Positions 1 through 11,842 are shown, counted from the first letter of the stretch. The stretch is 64,000 nucleotides of DNA from Azolla caroliniana (GCA_043228905.1 JBHGNT010000011.1:5332001-5396000), one strand, 5' to 3'. Made by a program: numbers and translations. The notes: generated by a model not told the origin, from the sequence alone.

Positions 1-287
1 TGAGTCGAACGCATTTTGTACCGCCAAGGTCCATAAAAAGGGAGTACCTTTGTGGGTGAGGGTGATAAAAGGGTGGGCTAGGGTGGAAAACCCCTTGATG
101 AAGCAACAATAAATATTTGTGAAGCCGAGGAAGGATTGCACATCTTTAAGTCGACTTGGAGTCGCCCACTCCCGAATGACTGAGACCTTTGTATCCATCA
201 TGATTCCACTAGGCGAGATGATGTAGCCCAAGAATTCAATCGAGGTATGGTCGAACTCGCATTTCTCACTTTTGGCATAAAGTCCAT
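1..287 (-). pseudogene. Gypsy RT C-terminal part/connection region of element B
   Basis: Minus translation GLYAKSEKCEFDHTSIEFLGYIISPSGIMMDTKVSVIREWATPSRLKDVQSFLGF; joins in frame to ..LREH at 5659 once element A is removed. Confidence 0.9.
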
Positions 288-1424
288 TGTCGTGAAGATT
301 CCGAGCCATGGTGAGAAACTGGGGAGAAACGGGAGAATCGGCAAAGTGCATCGTGTGCACTCACCCTTGTTAAAACGTGTGAATAATAGGGGTGCCTTAA
401 TGGCGCCGAGTAGGAGTTAATTTGGGACAAAGAATCCCTTGTAAGTCGGGATTTATCCCACATAGTCACGCGACCTTCACCTTGTTCTATAAAAGGGAGG
501 GCGCGCCCCTTGTGAAGGGGTTCCTCATTTTGGAGGTTCCATAGGTTCAATTTTGTGTTAATAAACTTATGTGTATAACGTCTATTTTTGTCTTCTCTTC
601 ATCTTGGTATGTGTGTGCGTTGTCTCTTTTTTTTTCTATTAGGGTTTCGGTGTCATTTGTGTGCATGAGTAGGTGGTACATTCGGTTGTGGCAAGTGGCG
701 TGCAGACTGTCTATGCCTTTCCTGAGCCTCTACTTGTTGGCTCTCAGCACTCCCCGGTCCGGCATGTCTACGAGTGTGGGTGTAGATGTTGGCTTTTGTC
801 GCTTATGCAAAGCCCGCACGCTAGGTGATCGTTCTGGAAGAGGTGAGTCCGCATGCAAACCCCACTCGGTTTAGCGAGCCCGTGTGCTCCCTAAAGGCGG
901 CTTGGCACAGGAGGCGGTCGTTCTGGAAGAGGTGAGTCCTCCACGAGGGTCCCGTTGCGCGGACGAGCCCGAGAGCTCCCTGACCGACTCTAGGATGCAG
1001 GCTCCCTCTTCCTCTCCATGTGGAACTGGCATTGCAGCGAGCACTGCGTGTGTCGGTGTGTGTGTGTCTCCGGTTAGCGTAGGGTCCGAGAGCGGGTGCA
1101 TGTGTGGTCGTCGGTGTAGAGGTGCCGGTTGTAACCGGGTGTGTATATGGGTGTGTGCGTGTGTGCGGGCGCGGTTAACCGGGCTATGTCGTGTGCCTCT
1201 TTTGGGCCCCTTGTACGTACAGGCGAAGAGGGGCGACAAGGATGAGGACGCGCTCTCTCGCTTCTCGTGCAGTTACTGGTCGCGTCCGAAGAGTACTCGG
1301 GATCAAACCGGCCGGCAACACGGCAGGCCCGGAGGATTCAGGTCCCCGGTAACTCCTCCCCTCCTGGTCCATGACCCTGGTGGTCCCGCCCGTATTCGAC
1401 ATGCCGGCAAGGATTAGTGTGACA
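288..1424 (+). repeat. 5' LTR of element A
   Basis: Starts TGTCGTGAAG, ends GTGTGACA; TATAAAAGG at ~488; aligns with 4525-5658 (roughly 90% by eye). Confidence 0.92.
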
Positions 1425-1997
1425 TATTTGGTACACCTAACGTGAAGGGCGGCAAGGGAGGATGGAGTTCGAGGTTGAAGACTTCGAAGAGGAGAGTCGA
1501 GAAGCGGCGCATCGAGATGGGCGAGGTCAAAGATGTTGACCGCTACAACAGGGACGGAGTCCCACAAGTTTCGTCGAAGGCTTGACTGTCCAGCATAAAG
1601 AGGAGGAGCTCTGAGCAGCTCACAAAGCGTGGTCACCCCGAAGCAGAACGAAGGTGGTGTGCGACTGCACGACATCACAGCGGGAAAGGGGCGCGCGGAC
1701 GAGACGGACGTGGTCGAGCCGGAGGCCAAGCGGGGCATGACGGTGCCGATACGGGAGAGGGTGCGCCCTCTTTTACATGGGGAGAAAGATCGACCGGGCG
1801 AAGGTCAGTAAACGAAAGGAAGATGATCAAGTGTACAGAACGAGTCTGGCAGGATCGGCATCGAAGCCGAAACTCCAGACATTGGAGAATCAAGCCTAGG
1901 CGAGGCTTGATTGATCATAGAGCGGATGCTTTCCACCGACACTACCAAAAGAGTCGGTGGCCCCAGACGAGTCATCGGGAGTCATTTCCAAATCGGT

Positions 1998-4145
1998 ATC
2001 CCCACATCTCATCTGGAGACTCCGGCAGCCGGCAACGAGGCCGACGTGAGACCGAGAGAGATGGAAGATGGAGGCGGGAGCGCAACAAGGAGAGCGACGA
2101 TGAGTTCGGGAGAAGTACAAAGGATGAAGCGGAGACCGAAGACCGGTCCTATGGGTCACCTCACACCGGACTAGAGACTCCGGTGGTCGGCATCGGATAC
2201 GACGTAAGACCAAGATATTGACGGTGGCGGCAGGAGAATGGGACCCGGCAATCCAAATAGTGACGGGCGGACCCGGACGAGAACTTGGCGGAGCAGACTT
2301 CCGAATAACCGATCCGGGAGGGAGGAGAGAGCAGGCCTACGAAGAGGCCGGGAACACAGTACATCGGTACCACGGGAGAAGGTGTGGAACGAGCCACCCT
2401 CTCGGCTTGTGAAGAAGGAAGACCTGGGATAAGGGTCCGAAATATGACAAGTGCGAGGAGGATCCTTCACACCGGTTCTAGAGACTCCGGCGGTCAGCCC
2501 GAGAGCCGGCATGAAACCTAGAGTGATGAACGGTCGTGGCGAGGGGATAGAGGAAAAAGGAGTGTCGATGGGTGGTCTACGGAGATCCTCACACCGATCC
2601 GACGGATGGCCCAAGAGCCGGCGTGAGTCCTACAGGAAAGGACGGTGGCGGCAGGTGAACGTGACCTGCAGAAGAGGCTGACGCAGAGGTTGGGACTATG
2701 GCGAGAGGCAAACGGCAAGCGGTGTTGCCGCGGCCTTACACACACCGGTTCTAGACACTCCGGCAGCCAGCAATAAGAGCCGGCGTGAGACCTAGAGAGA
2801 AGAACGGTGGCGGCGGCAAGGCGGCCAACCGAAGACGGCAAAGGGGAGGTCCAACGAAAACACTCACACCGATCCGGCGATCGGCTCGAGAGCCGGCGTG
2901 AGTCCTATAGGAAAGGACGGTGGCGGCAGGTGAACGTGACCCGCAGAAGAGGCCAACGTGGAGGTCGGCACTACGATGTAGGAGTGCGGATGGGGCGATC
3001 CTTACACCGATCCGGAGACCCCGGCAGCCGGTAACGAGAGCCGGCGTGAGACCTTGAGAGATGGATGGTGGCGGCAGGAGAACGTGATCGGACGGCAGAA
3101 AGCGGAATGCAGAGTGAAAGGAGGTATAAGGCTGGAGACATGGCCACGAACCGAATACGGACCCGGACAGTAGTGTCGACAAGACGAAGATCGGACGCGT
3201 TTGGTACACGAGTCGGTGACCCAACAAATCGGAGGCCCAAGAAGGATCCTTCACACCTGTCCGGAGACCCCGGTAGTTCGGCCGACGTGGCAACGTTAGA
3301 CCAAGGGTAATGGAAGGTGGCGGCAAGGGGACGAAGGCGACAAGAGCAGAAGCACCGAACAACCGAAGCATCACGCGAATGAAGGAGGCCATGCGGGCCG
3401 GAACACGGCGAGGGTGATCTTTCGTTAAACTGTCGAGGGACACCCGGTCAAGGAGTGGTGTGCCGAGCCGGAAAGGGCATACCTAAAAGCGGATCGAAAG
3501 ACGTGCATGTGGCCATCAAGGGCCAAAGCAAAGCACAGGTATGGGACGGTGTTCGGCACAAGCGGTGCCAAACAAGGAAGGCGGAAGACGGCACATGGCG
3601 GTGCCGGGAACAAGAGCAAGGGCGCATCAACAGACTACGCGGAATGGAGACCGGAAACAAGATCGACGGAGGCCGGAGAAGGATCCTCCACACCCGCTTC
3701 GGAGATCTTGGCGGCTCAGTCGGAGTGGCAATGACTGGCATGGTAAGCCGAATTCAAGATAAAGAGTTGGTGGGGGCGAGGGGACGTCGGCAAGTGGAAG
3801 GCTCCGAACCGGTGGCGGCAGCGCAAGACGAAAGTGGCGAAGTGGGCTACTATGGGGTGTTCCTCGTACGTGGAGGACACCGGCATACGGAGAAGTGGCG
3901 ATGCACAATTTGGTCGGGCGAGGGCCAATGATGCATGCATGGGAAGTAACTGGAGTTCGGCACGGGCAGTGCCGAACACGAGAAGGGTGCCTGAGCGGGA
4001 ACACCGGTGCGGAGATAGTTTGTCGGGTCAGGTCACCTCGCGCAGAAGGCCGGAGAGGGATCCTCCACACTAGTTCTGGAGACCTTGGCAGTTCGGCCTT
4101 CGTGGCAACGTAAGACCAAGGAGAAGGTAGGTGGCGGTGAGGGGA
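1998..4145 (+). repeat. Dispersed array of ~10 degenerate ~85-bp motifs in the interior of element A
   Basis: Core GATCCTTCACACCGGTYCRGAGACYCCGGC..GAGAGCCGGCGTGAGACC..GACGGTGGCGGCAGG at ~1998, 2157, 2461, 2584, 2734, 2861, 2997, 3245, 3682, 4059. Confidence 0.8.
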
Positions 4146-4524
4146 CGAAGGCGATGGAGATCAGCACGGAACGACAATCAGGATGACGCAAAGGTCGACG
4201 GAGGCCAAGCGGGCCATCATGGGTGCTCCTTTGACGGAGGACACCACGTATCCGAAGGAATGAAGAGCGTGCATGCAGATGAAGGAAGGGCCAACGGGGA
4301 GGCACGCACACTTCGGGATCACGGAAAAGGACCTATCGACGAGTTTCTCAAGCCTACGGAGAGGCAAGCGCGGAGGAGAAGCTAGAGCCGATGGTTCAGA
4401 CCGGCAAGGCCAACGCAGCAACCGGAATGCGGATTATGGAAGACCGGTTCCTCACCAGCCGGAATCTCTCACCCTTCTCTGAACCTTGCATGTACTGGTG
4501 GATGTGCAGTTTGGTGGGGGTGGA

Positions 4525-5658
4525 TGTCGTGAAGATTTAGGGCCATGGTGAGAAACCGGGGAGAAAGAATTGGTGAAGTGCATCGTGTGCACTCACCCTT
4601 GTTAAAACGTGTGAATAATAGGGGTGCCTTAATGGCGCCGAGTAGGAGTTAATTTGGGACAAAGAATACCTTGTAAGTTGGGATTTATCCCACATTGTCA
4701 CGCGACCTTCACCTTGTTCTATAAAAGGGAGAGCGTGCCCCTTGTGAAGGGGTTCCTCGTTTTGGAAGTTCCATAGGTTCCGTTTTGTGTTAATAAACTT
4801 TTGTGTATAACGTCTATTTTTGTCTTCTCTTCATCTTAGTGTGTGTGTGCTTTGTCTCTTCTTCTTTTCAGTTAGGGTTTCGGTGTCGTCTGTGTGCGTG
4901 CGTAGGTGGTGCGTTTGGTTGTGGCAGGCGGCGTGCAAACTGTTTGCGCCTTTCCTGAGTCTCTGCTTGTTGGCTCTCAGCACTCCCCGGTCCGGCATGT
5001 CTACAAGTGTGGGTGTAGATGTTGGCTTTTGTCGCTTATGCAGAGCCTGCGTGCTAGGTGGTTCATTGGCAAGTCTCCCTCCTTGGCGCGCAAGACCCCA
5101 CTTGGTTCAGCGAGCCCATGCGCTCCCTGAAGGCGGCTTGGCACAGGAGGTGGTCGTTCTGGAAAAGGCGTGCCCTACACGAGGGTCCCGTTGCGCGGAC
5201 GAGGCCGAGAGCTCCCCGACCGTCCCTAGGATGCAGGCTCCCTCTTCCTCTCCATGTGGAACTGGCATCGCAGCGAGCGTTGCGTGTGTCGGTGTGTGTG
5301 TCTCCGATTAGCATAGGGTCCGAGAGCGGGTGCGTGTGTGGTCGCCGGTGTAGAGGTGCCGGTTGTAACCAGGTGTGTATTTGGGTGTGTGCGTGTGTGC
5401 AGGCGCGGTTAACCGGGTTGTGTCCCGTGTCTCTTTTGGGCCCCTTGTACATACAGGCAAAGAGGGGCGACAAGGACGAGGGTGCGCTCTCTCGCTTCTC
5501 GTGCGGTTACCGGTAGCGTCCTGAGAGTATCTGAGATCAAACTAGCCGGCAACACGGCAAACCCGGAGTATTCGGGTCCCCAGAAACTCCTCCCCTCCTG
5601 GTCCATGACCCTAGTGGTCCCGCCCGAATCCAACATGCAAGGGAGGATTACCGCGACA
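4525..5658 (+). repeat. 3' LTR of element A
   Basis: Starts TGTCGTGAAG directly after the purine tract, ends CCGCGACA. Confidence 0.92.
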
Positions 5659-6840
5659 CCGTGCTCCCGAAGTTTAACAAGAACTAATCGGACTTGGCGG
5701 GTGTGTTCCGCCATGTTTGGCGAAAAAATGAGAATATCATCAAGGTAGATGACCACAAAATGATCGAGATATTCCCGAAATATATCGTTTATCATATGTT
5801 GAAAAACAGTTGGGGCATTGTGGTTTTCCATTCATCACGGGCTTGATGCGTACCAGATTGTACACGCCACGCAGATCAACTTTGGAGAAGACACGCGCAA
5901 CGCGGAGCCAGTCCAAGAGTTCGGGAATCAGTCGGAGCGGACAACGGTTGTGAATAGTGAGTTTGTTGAGACCCCGGTAGTCTACACATAAGCGTAGAGA
6001 GCCATCCTTCTTCTTCACGAATAATATGGGGGCCCCGAACGGTGACTTAGAAGGTTGAATAAATCCTTCTGTGAGGTTCTCATTGAGATACACTCAGAGG
6101 GCCTTTAGCTCTAGTGTAGACAATGCATATAGAGGACCAAAGGGTGGACACGCTCCTTCTTGAAGATCGATCGGACAGTTGTAGAGCCGGTGTTCGGGCA
6201 AACGATCTACATTATGTTTCTCAAATACATCGGACAAGTCTTTATACTTGTGGGGAATAACATGGAGTGTCTTAGAAGCAGCTCCACAAACAGCGAGCAG
6301 GTGATGAACTAAGGCGTAAATGGCCCCATCCTGGACTAAGGGTGGGATGCCCAAGTCGAAATCGGCCTTCTCTTGAGGTTGTGAAACTGAATTTACTTTC
6401 ATAGTTGTGTGCGAGCATCCTAGCTCACTAAATGCGATCGAGCAATTGCACCAATCCACTATTGGATTGTGCGCCTCCAACCACGATAGTCCTAAGACGA
6501 TCAGATGTTGAGGAGATGTGATGAGGTAAAAGGGGAGCTCCTTGTGGTGGGAGCCCACACGAAGCCCTAATGGGATTGTAGTTTGGGTAATTGCTCCTAA
6601 CGAGAGGATGCGCCCATCAATGGCTTCAACGGGAATGGGTTTTGAGAGGCAACAACGAGTACCCCATGTGCTCGAGCGAATGCAACATCAATAAAGCAAG
6701 AAGATGCTCCAGAATCAAGTAAAGTGACAGACTTAATGGAACTGGAATTAAAAGAAAGGCATACCTCCAATGTGAAAGTGTTTGATGTTCCGGCAATGCA
6801 ACCACAAGAATGTGGGTGATGGGAGACGTCCAGCTGCATG
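5659..6840 (-). pseudogene. Disrupted gypsy protease + reverse transcriptase (element B)
   Basis: ORF fragments 6597-6839 (DSGA), 6094-6558 (LGLSWLEAHNPIVDW; LPEHR), 5740-6093 (RT N-term), 5409-5831 (NAPTVFQ..YLDD); stops and frameshifts present. Confidence 0.92.
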
Positions 6841-6899
6841 GCTCCTACTGCAACCGGACGATGTCGTTTTCCGGATGTTGGGGTCTGTTGGCACGATGG

Positions 6900-7810
6900 A
6901 ATTATGAGCGATTACTCCTAGGAAATTGACGAAGGAGATGACTGGAGGCACCACAATACAGGCACAAGCCATTAGCCCGCCGAAATTGTTGTTTAGCATC
7001 AGATAATTGTCGAAATCAAGCTTGATCAATTTCCATTGGGACTGGAGCATCTGCCAAGGTAGGGGAGCATGACGCTATCGTCGAGAGTAGAACCAGGGCA
7101 TGTCATGGAAGTGAATGAAGCTCTTCTTGGAAAAATCCAAAAAGACAATTGTCACAATGGACTGCATGTGAAATCGCTTGGGATAACGAGGTGCGCTCGG
7201 GAAAGTTCAAGAGAAGATTCTTGACATTTCTTCGAAGGCCCCACCAAAAGTGATCAACTAAAGCTTGATCATCCTAGTTGACGTCGCATGCTAGTTATCA
7301 GAATTCTAAAGCATAGATAAAAGTTGCGCGCGAACCTTGTTTGAGTGCATAAAGCTTGGTGAGGGTTATACGTCGCCAGTCCGTCTCTCCAAATGTGGCA
7401 TCTAACTTGGCGAGGAAGGCGAGAAAATCCTCCAATAGAGGTGACAAAGTTTCTACCAATGGTGCAAACCAAGGTTGGGCCAGACCGGAGAGGAGGGTGC
7501 CCACAAGGCCGACTTGTCGAAGACCATCTGCATAACGTTGAGGTTGTAGCCAAATGATAAGTCGAATTTGGTTGATGAACCCCCAGAAACGTGACCTCAT
7601 TCCATCAAATTTTTCTGGGAGGCTAACCTTAGGCTCAAGAAAATGAGAAGAATCTAGGCCAGATGTTGGTAGAAGATTGGGCTCCCGGCTAGTTTGCGGT
7701 GGGAGACTAGGATCTGCGAGTTGTGAGGATAGGGAGGTGCCGACTTGAAGTTCTCGTAAAGAATTCTGAAGAGCTTCATTTTGAAGCTGGAGTTGTTGTA
7801 AGGATATCAA
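6900..7810 (-). pseudogene. Disrupted gypsy gag (element B)
   Basis: ORF 7298-7810 with coiled-coil N-terminus and PEKFDG..FINQIRL..RY..LLSG.A..W retrotransposon-gag pattern; downstream degenerate PM(E)ID and CLYC..GH knuckle. Confidence 0.85.
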
Positions 7811-7880
7811 TATCTAGCTTAAGTCACTAGCTGGGTCGGACATAGCTACGACTAATGAGAGGGAGAGCTACGAGGATGGG

Positions 7881-7891
7881 AAGGTGAACAA
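7881..7891 (-). promoter_or_regulatory. Self-priming-type primer-binding site (TTGTTCACCTT)
   Basis: Lies 2 nt inside the LTR end; does not begin with TGG (not tRNA type); exact complement of minus-strand AAGGTGAACAA at 7987-7977 within the LTR. Confidence 0.8.
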
Positions 7892-7893
7892 AC

Positions 7894-8249
7894 TGTCACG
7901 GATAGAAAATATGCACAAGAGAGTAGAAGATAATCAAAGGGATGAGTTGATTAAATGAAAGACTCTATAACTAGTGTTGTTCACCTTGATTGTAATCTAG
8001 GTGAACACACATATTTATACAAGTTCTGAGATTGAATATCTCTAGAATATACCTAAAAAATATCTCTAGAATATACCATAGAATATTTCTAGACTATACT
8101 AAAGACTATAATATTCTAAATGTACTATATGCTAGATTATACAAATATTAAATATATAATTTATTTGTAACTTAAGGGTTTCCAAATGGTTTATCTAATA
8201 CTCAGTATTTGGTGTGTTATAGGTCAAAGGTTTGAGTCTAGATGTGACA
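7894..8249 (-). repeat. 5' LTR of element B
   Basis: TGTCAC...GTGACA inverted termini; minus-strand TATAAATA at 8019-8012; short CTAGAATAT repeats in U3. Confidence 0.85.
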
Positions 8250-8438
8250 CATTATGGGAATATTGAGGAAGCATATGCACAAGCCCTTCAATGATCACCT
8301 TCATGGCCATGCTTCCTCTCCACCCTCAAATCTATGTCTCAACTTTGTTAGGGGTTGATCAGGTGGACTGGCGCCCTTTCTTCGTTATTTCCCTCTCCCT
8401 TCTTAGTTTTTCTTAGCGTTAATTAAGATTCTAGTAAT

Positions 8439-8450
8439 TGGTATCAGAGC
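8439..8450 (+). promoter_or_regulatory. tRNA-iMet PBS of a degraded LTR element
   Basis: Perfect TGGTATCAGAGC preceded by an LTR-like pyrimidine-rich end. Confidence 0.6.
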
Positions 8451-8844
8451 ATCATTAATATTTTCTTGTGTTGGCATGTTCTTTATATGTTAGTTTGAAA
8501 TCTTCAACTAGAGTGGGGATCCATTCAATACATGTCTCTTTGGGAGTTTCTTCAAAGAACCTTGTTGATCTATCTACAGTACCAGCACATGGCTTCTTGG
8601 TGGTTTGGTAACCAATTTAGCTTGGTGGAGTTGGGTGAATAGGGTAGGTATGTCTTTCAACAACAGTTGTGCATGTACATCCAAGAGGTCTCTCTGTAGT
8701 TGCTTCTTTGGAATTTTTCACAGAGGTCTTTGTAAAGAATCTAACTCTCGTAGAGTTGAGTATGCAGAAGTGTAGTGTTTGTGTGAGAGTGGGTATGTGA
8801 GCAAGAGAAGGAATAAGAGAGAATAACCAGAAAATAAGAAAATT

Positions 8845-9967
8845 TACCTCACCATCACTCGGCCTGATCTAACTTATTCAGTCGGTCTCCTTAGCCAGTT
8901 CATGCAGACACCACCAAACATTCACCTAGATTGTGCTAAGTGAGTATTACATTATGTAACTGGGATGATGGATTTCAATATTCTCTACAAATTGGGGAAT
9001 TCGATTCGACTCGAAGGATATACCGATGCCGATTGGGCCGGTTACGAAGCTAACAGACGATCCACATCCGGATTTGTCTTCTCACTCGGCAGCGGAGCCA
9101 TTTCGTCGAGCAGTAAGACGCAGTCGACAGTCGCAATGCCGAGCACAGAGGTTGAATACAGGGGCGCAGTTGTCACCGCATGCAAAGCCGTTTGGCTCAA
9201 AAGAATCCTAAAGGATCTGGGCGTTCCCATCGAGGATCTGATTCTCTTGTTTTGCGATAACATGAGCAGCATCCACCTGGCCCGCAACCCAGTCTTCCAC
9301 GCTCGGACCAACCACATTGAGATGCACTACCATTTCATCCGAGAACGTGTCTTGGCTGGAGATATCGATATGCAGTACATTAGCACGAATCTGCATATGA
9401 CAGACATATTCACAAAAGCCCTGGGAATCGACAAGCTGCGACAGTTCAGGACAAACCTGGTCTCTCGATTACCGACCAGCTACGCTTGAGGGGGAGTATG
9501 ACGGAGTAGAATGATCAACTGGCCAGTCGAAGCCGATTCAGCCGAAACGAAGTCTTTCGAAGACTGAACGAAAACCAACTTTTCGGCATCCGGAAGTTGC
9601 ATTTGAAGGGGCGTGTTGAGAAACAAACTCAATTTCCCTAGTGTGTGAACACCCCACCACCTACTATAGTAACTAGTGTGTCATAGAATCTTATAGTTCT
9701 ATGACACATATTCAATGTAGTTAAGACTCCACCTCTCTTTAGTTAAGTGGCGGTTGTAGAAAGAGAATAGTGGTAAGGTGACTATATAAGTGCTCTCTCA
9801 CCTCCCTTGTAACGTTAGTTAGTTAGTTATTATTGTATTCTGCTCCTTGTTAATACAGTGTTTACTTGAGTTTCCCATATAAGGCAAGCTCACTCTATTT
9901 CTCTCCTCTCTCTCTCACACACACACATATCACTTCCGTTGCACATAATCGGACTCGTTTATTTACA
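8845..9967 (+). mobile_element. Ty1/copia 3' fragment: RT end, RNase H, two PPT-like tracts, 3' LTR (9614-9967)
   Basis: LTITRPDL at ~8850; ORF 8965-9489 [46 protein letters not shown]; TTGAGGGGGAG (~9486) and GAAGGGGCG|TGTTGAG; LTR ends TTTACA. Confidence 0.88.
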
Positions 9968-11211
9968 GTTCTCAAGGAAGGATTGTCAATTTCATAAGCA
10001 TAGAATGCAATAACTTACCATTGGGGGGTGTGATATTTGAGCGTTGAGGTCAAGGCCGTAGAGTTGATAATGCAATAACTTACCATTAGGGTAAAGATAG
10101 TTACGAAAAAAAAATAGAACACACACTTATATGTACATAGTTACATACACATAAAATACAAAAACATTAACGTATTCGCACACACTCAATCCATCACATA
10201 TAATTATGAATAATACAAACAAATATATATACCATGGGTACTCCCTTACATAGACAACCCATTCCACTCACTATACTAGCCCAATTCCACAAAACCACAC
10301 ACCTAGTCACACTAAACTGTTACACACATAATTGTTCAAATAAAATCAACTATCTAAGGCAAGCACACGTAAATACAACCATAACACCAAAGAACTCCTT
10401 TCATTTCAATGACTCTAATTGATAATAGACTTTCCTTCTAAACTTCAATTCTTCTTCATTTCTCCTACCCTCTTATGTCTAAGAATCCCCTCCTATTTAT
10501 AGGTTTTTGGTTGTGTTCTTGATAGGCTATCCTTCATTTATAATAGATATTCTTGAATCTATATGAGGCATTCAAGATTTTTCAAAACATATCACAAATA
10601 TAAACTCACTCACACTATAGTAATCGTGTACATGCTTGTAGAGCTCATGTATGGTCAAAAACTTATGCCCATTAAGTACTTAATCTTTCATGAGTACCTA
10701 TTCCTTGGACTGAAGAAATGAGTAGAGAATATCTCCTTCTAATTAGGTTTAGGTTGCTTAAAAGATAGTCTAAGGATGTAGAGATAGTGATTGAAAGATT
10801 GAAAGAAGCTAGGTTTAAGGTTGATGGAACCAAATTCCCCCATTGCTAAAGTTGGCTCCCCTATGTTGCAACAAACATATGGTGATTTGTTCAACATATG
10901 CCTTGACGAGACTCTACGTACCACCTTACAAAGCAACTATAAGAGGAAGTGGACACCACAACTTTGGCCTCGCTTTTTTGGAGTGTAATTTTTCTAGATT
11001 ACGGACTAATCAATTTTTGGAGAGCATCACCTAAGGATTAGATGATTTCAATATGTCCTATTATTGAAGAGCTTGTTTAGAATTTCAAGGGTCTTTCTTG
11101 CTTCTCGTGGGGTTTGTGGTTTTTGGAATTATTTGAAATGATAATTTATGTTCAATATAAGAAGATTGAACTCTCAATCCCATCCAATATTGTTCATTTG
11201 TCTAACGTATT

Positions 11212-11678
11212 TGTTGAGATATCAAGCTCTACTAGATTTAGTTAGTTAGTCAACACACATAACTTTGTAGTTACCTAGATAGAATCTAGTTAGTGTGTTA
11301 ACCTTAAAGCCTTAAATAGGATTTTGTACTTGAGTGGGATACATTGTAGATCCTCCACTCCCATGTTCATTTAATATAGGACTTACACCTTTGTACCTAT
11401 ATTCTACTCACACATATATTGTTATACACCTTTGCACATGAGATGTATATATACCTCATTGTGGGTATTTTTGTATTGGATGATGCTTATTCATATAGAG
11501 GAAAGATCTTTAGCTACACTCTTGTTAATCATCCCCCATTTATAATATTGTTCATAAGTGTAACTTCCTCTCTCTCTTCCTCTCACACACATGCACACAT
11601 ATCACATTATCTTTTGCTTATTAACTACTCATATAATTAGACGCTAATTAACCTTAATTAATTACCTAATTATTACCA
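11212..11678 (+). repeat. 5' LTR of element C
   Basis: TGTTGAGATATCAAGC...TTACCA; matches 20603-20666 and 26107-26392. Confidence 0.92.
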
Positions 11679-11842
11679 TGGTATCAGAGCATGTGGTTTA
11701 GTACATCCACTAAGCCCACCCGACTCCATGATTGTGTGTTCGAGGCGCCAACGTCAAATCCGGTTATCCGCTATCATAGTGCCGCTACGTAGCACGTGTA
11801 CGGGACCAAGAAGGAAGACACTAGATCAACACGAACACACAA

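Larger units (their letters stand above)
288..5658 (+). mobile_element. Non-autonomous LTR element (LARD-like, element A) inserted in the RT of element B
   Basis: Two ~1.13 kb direct repeats with TGT...ACA ends; purine-rich tract GGTGGGGGTGGA before the 3' LTR; PBS-like TGGTACACCTAACGTG after the 5' LTR; TSD CCAT(284-287)/CCGT(5659-5662); no gag/pol motifs seen in the 3.1 kb interior. Confidence 0.88.
1..8249 (-). mobile_element. Ty3/gypsy LTR retrotransposon, Tcn1/Tf1-like (element B); 5' LTR, gag, PR, RT present; continues off the left edge; interrupted by element A
   Basis: Minus-strand order LTR(7894-8249)-PBS-gag(EPKVSLPEKFDG..)-degenerate CCHC knuckle (~6930-6975)-protease (LLDSGASSCFID)-RT ([36 protein letters not shown]). 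PR followed directly by RT is the gypsy order. Confidence 0.93.

Noticed and set aside
288-1424. Hammerhead ribozyme (retrozyme) in the LTR of A
   Set aside because: No CTGANGA...GAAA core with flanking stems found by eye.
1998-4145. CRISPR-like repeat-spacer appearance
   Set aside because: Eukaryotic LTR context, long degenerate repeats, irregular spacers, no cas genes.
569-5516. Many overlapping 60-230 aa ORFs in element A
   Set aside because: They lie in GC-rich LTR or repeat sequence in all six frames, are not preserved between the two LTRs, and show no protein motifs.
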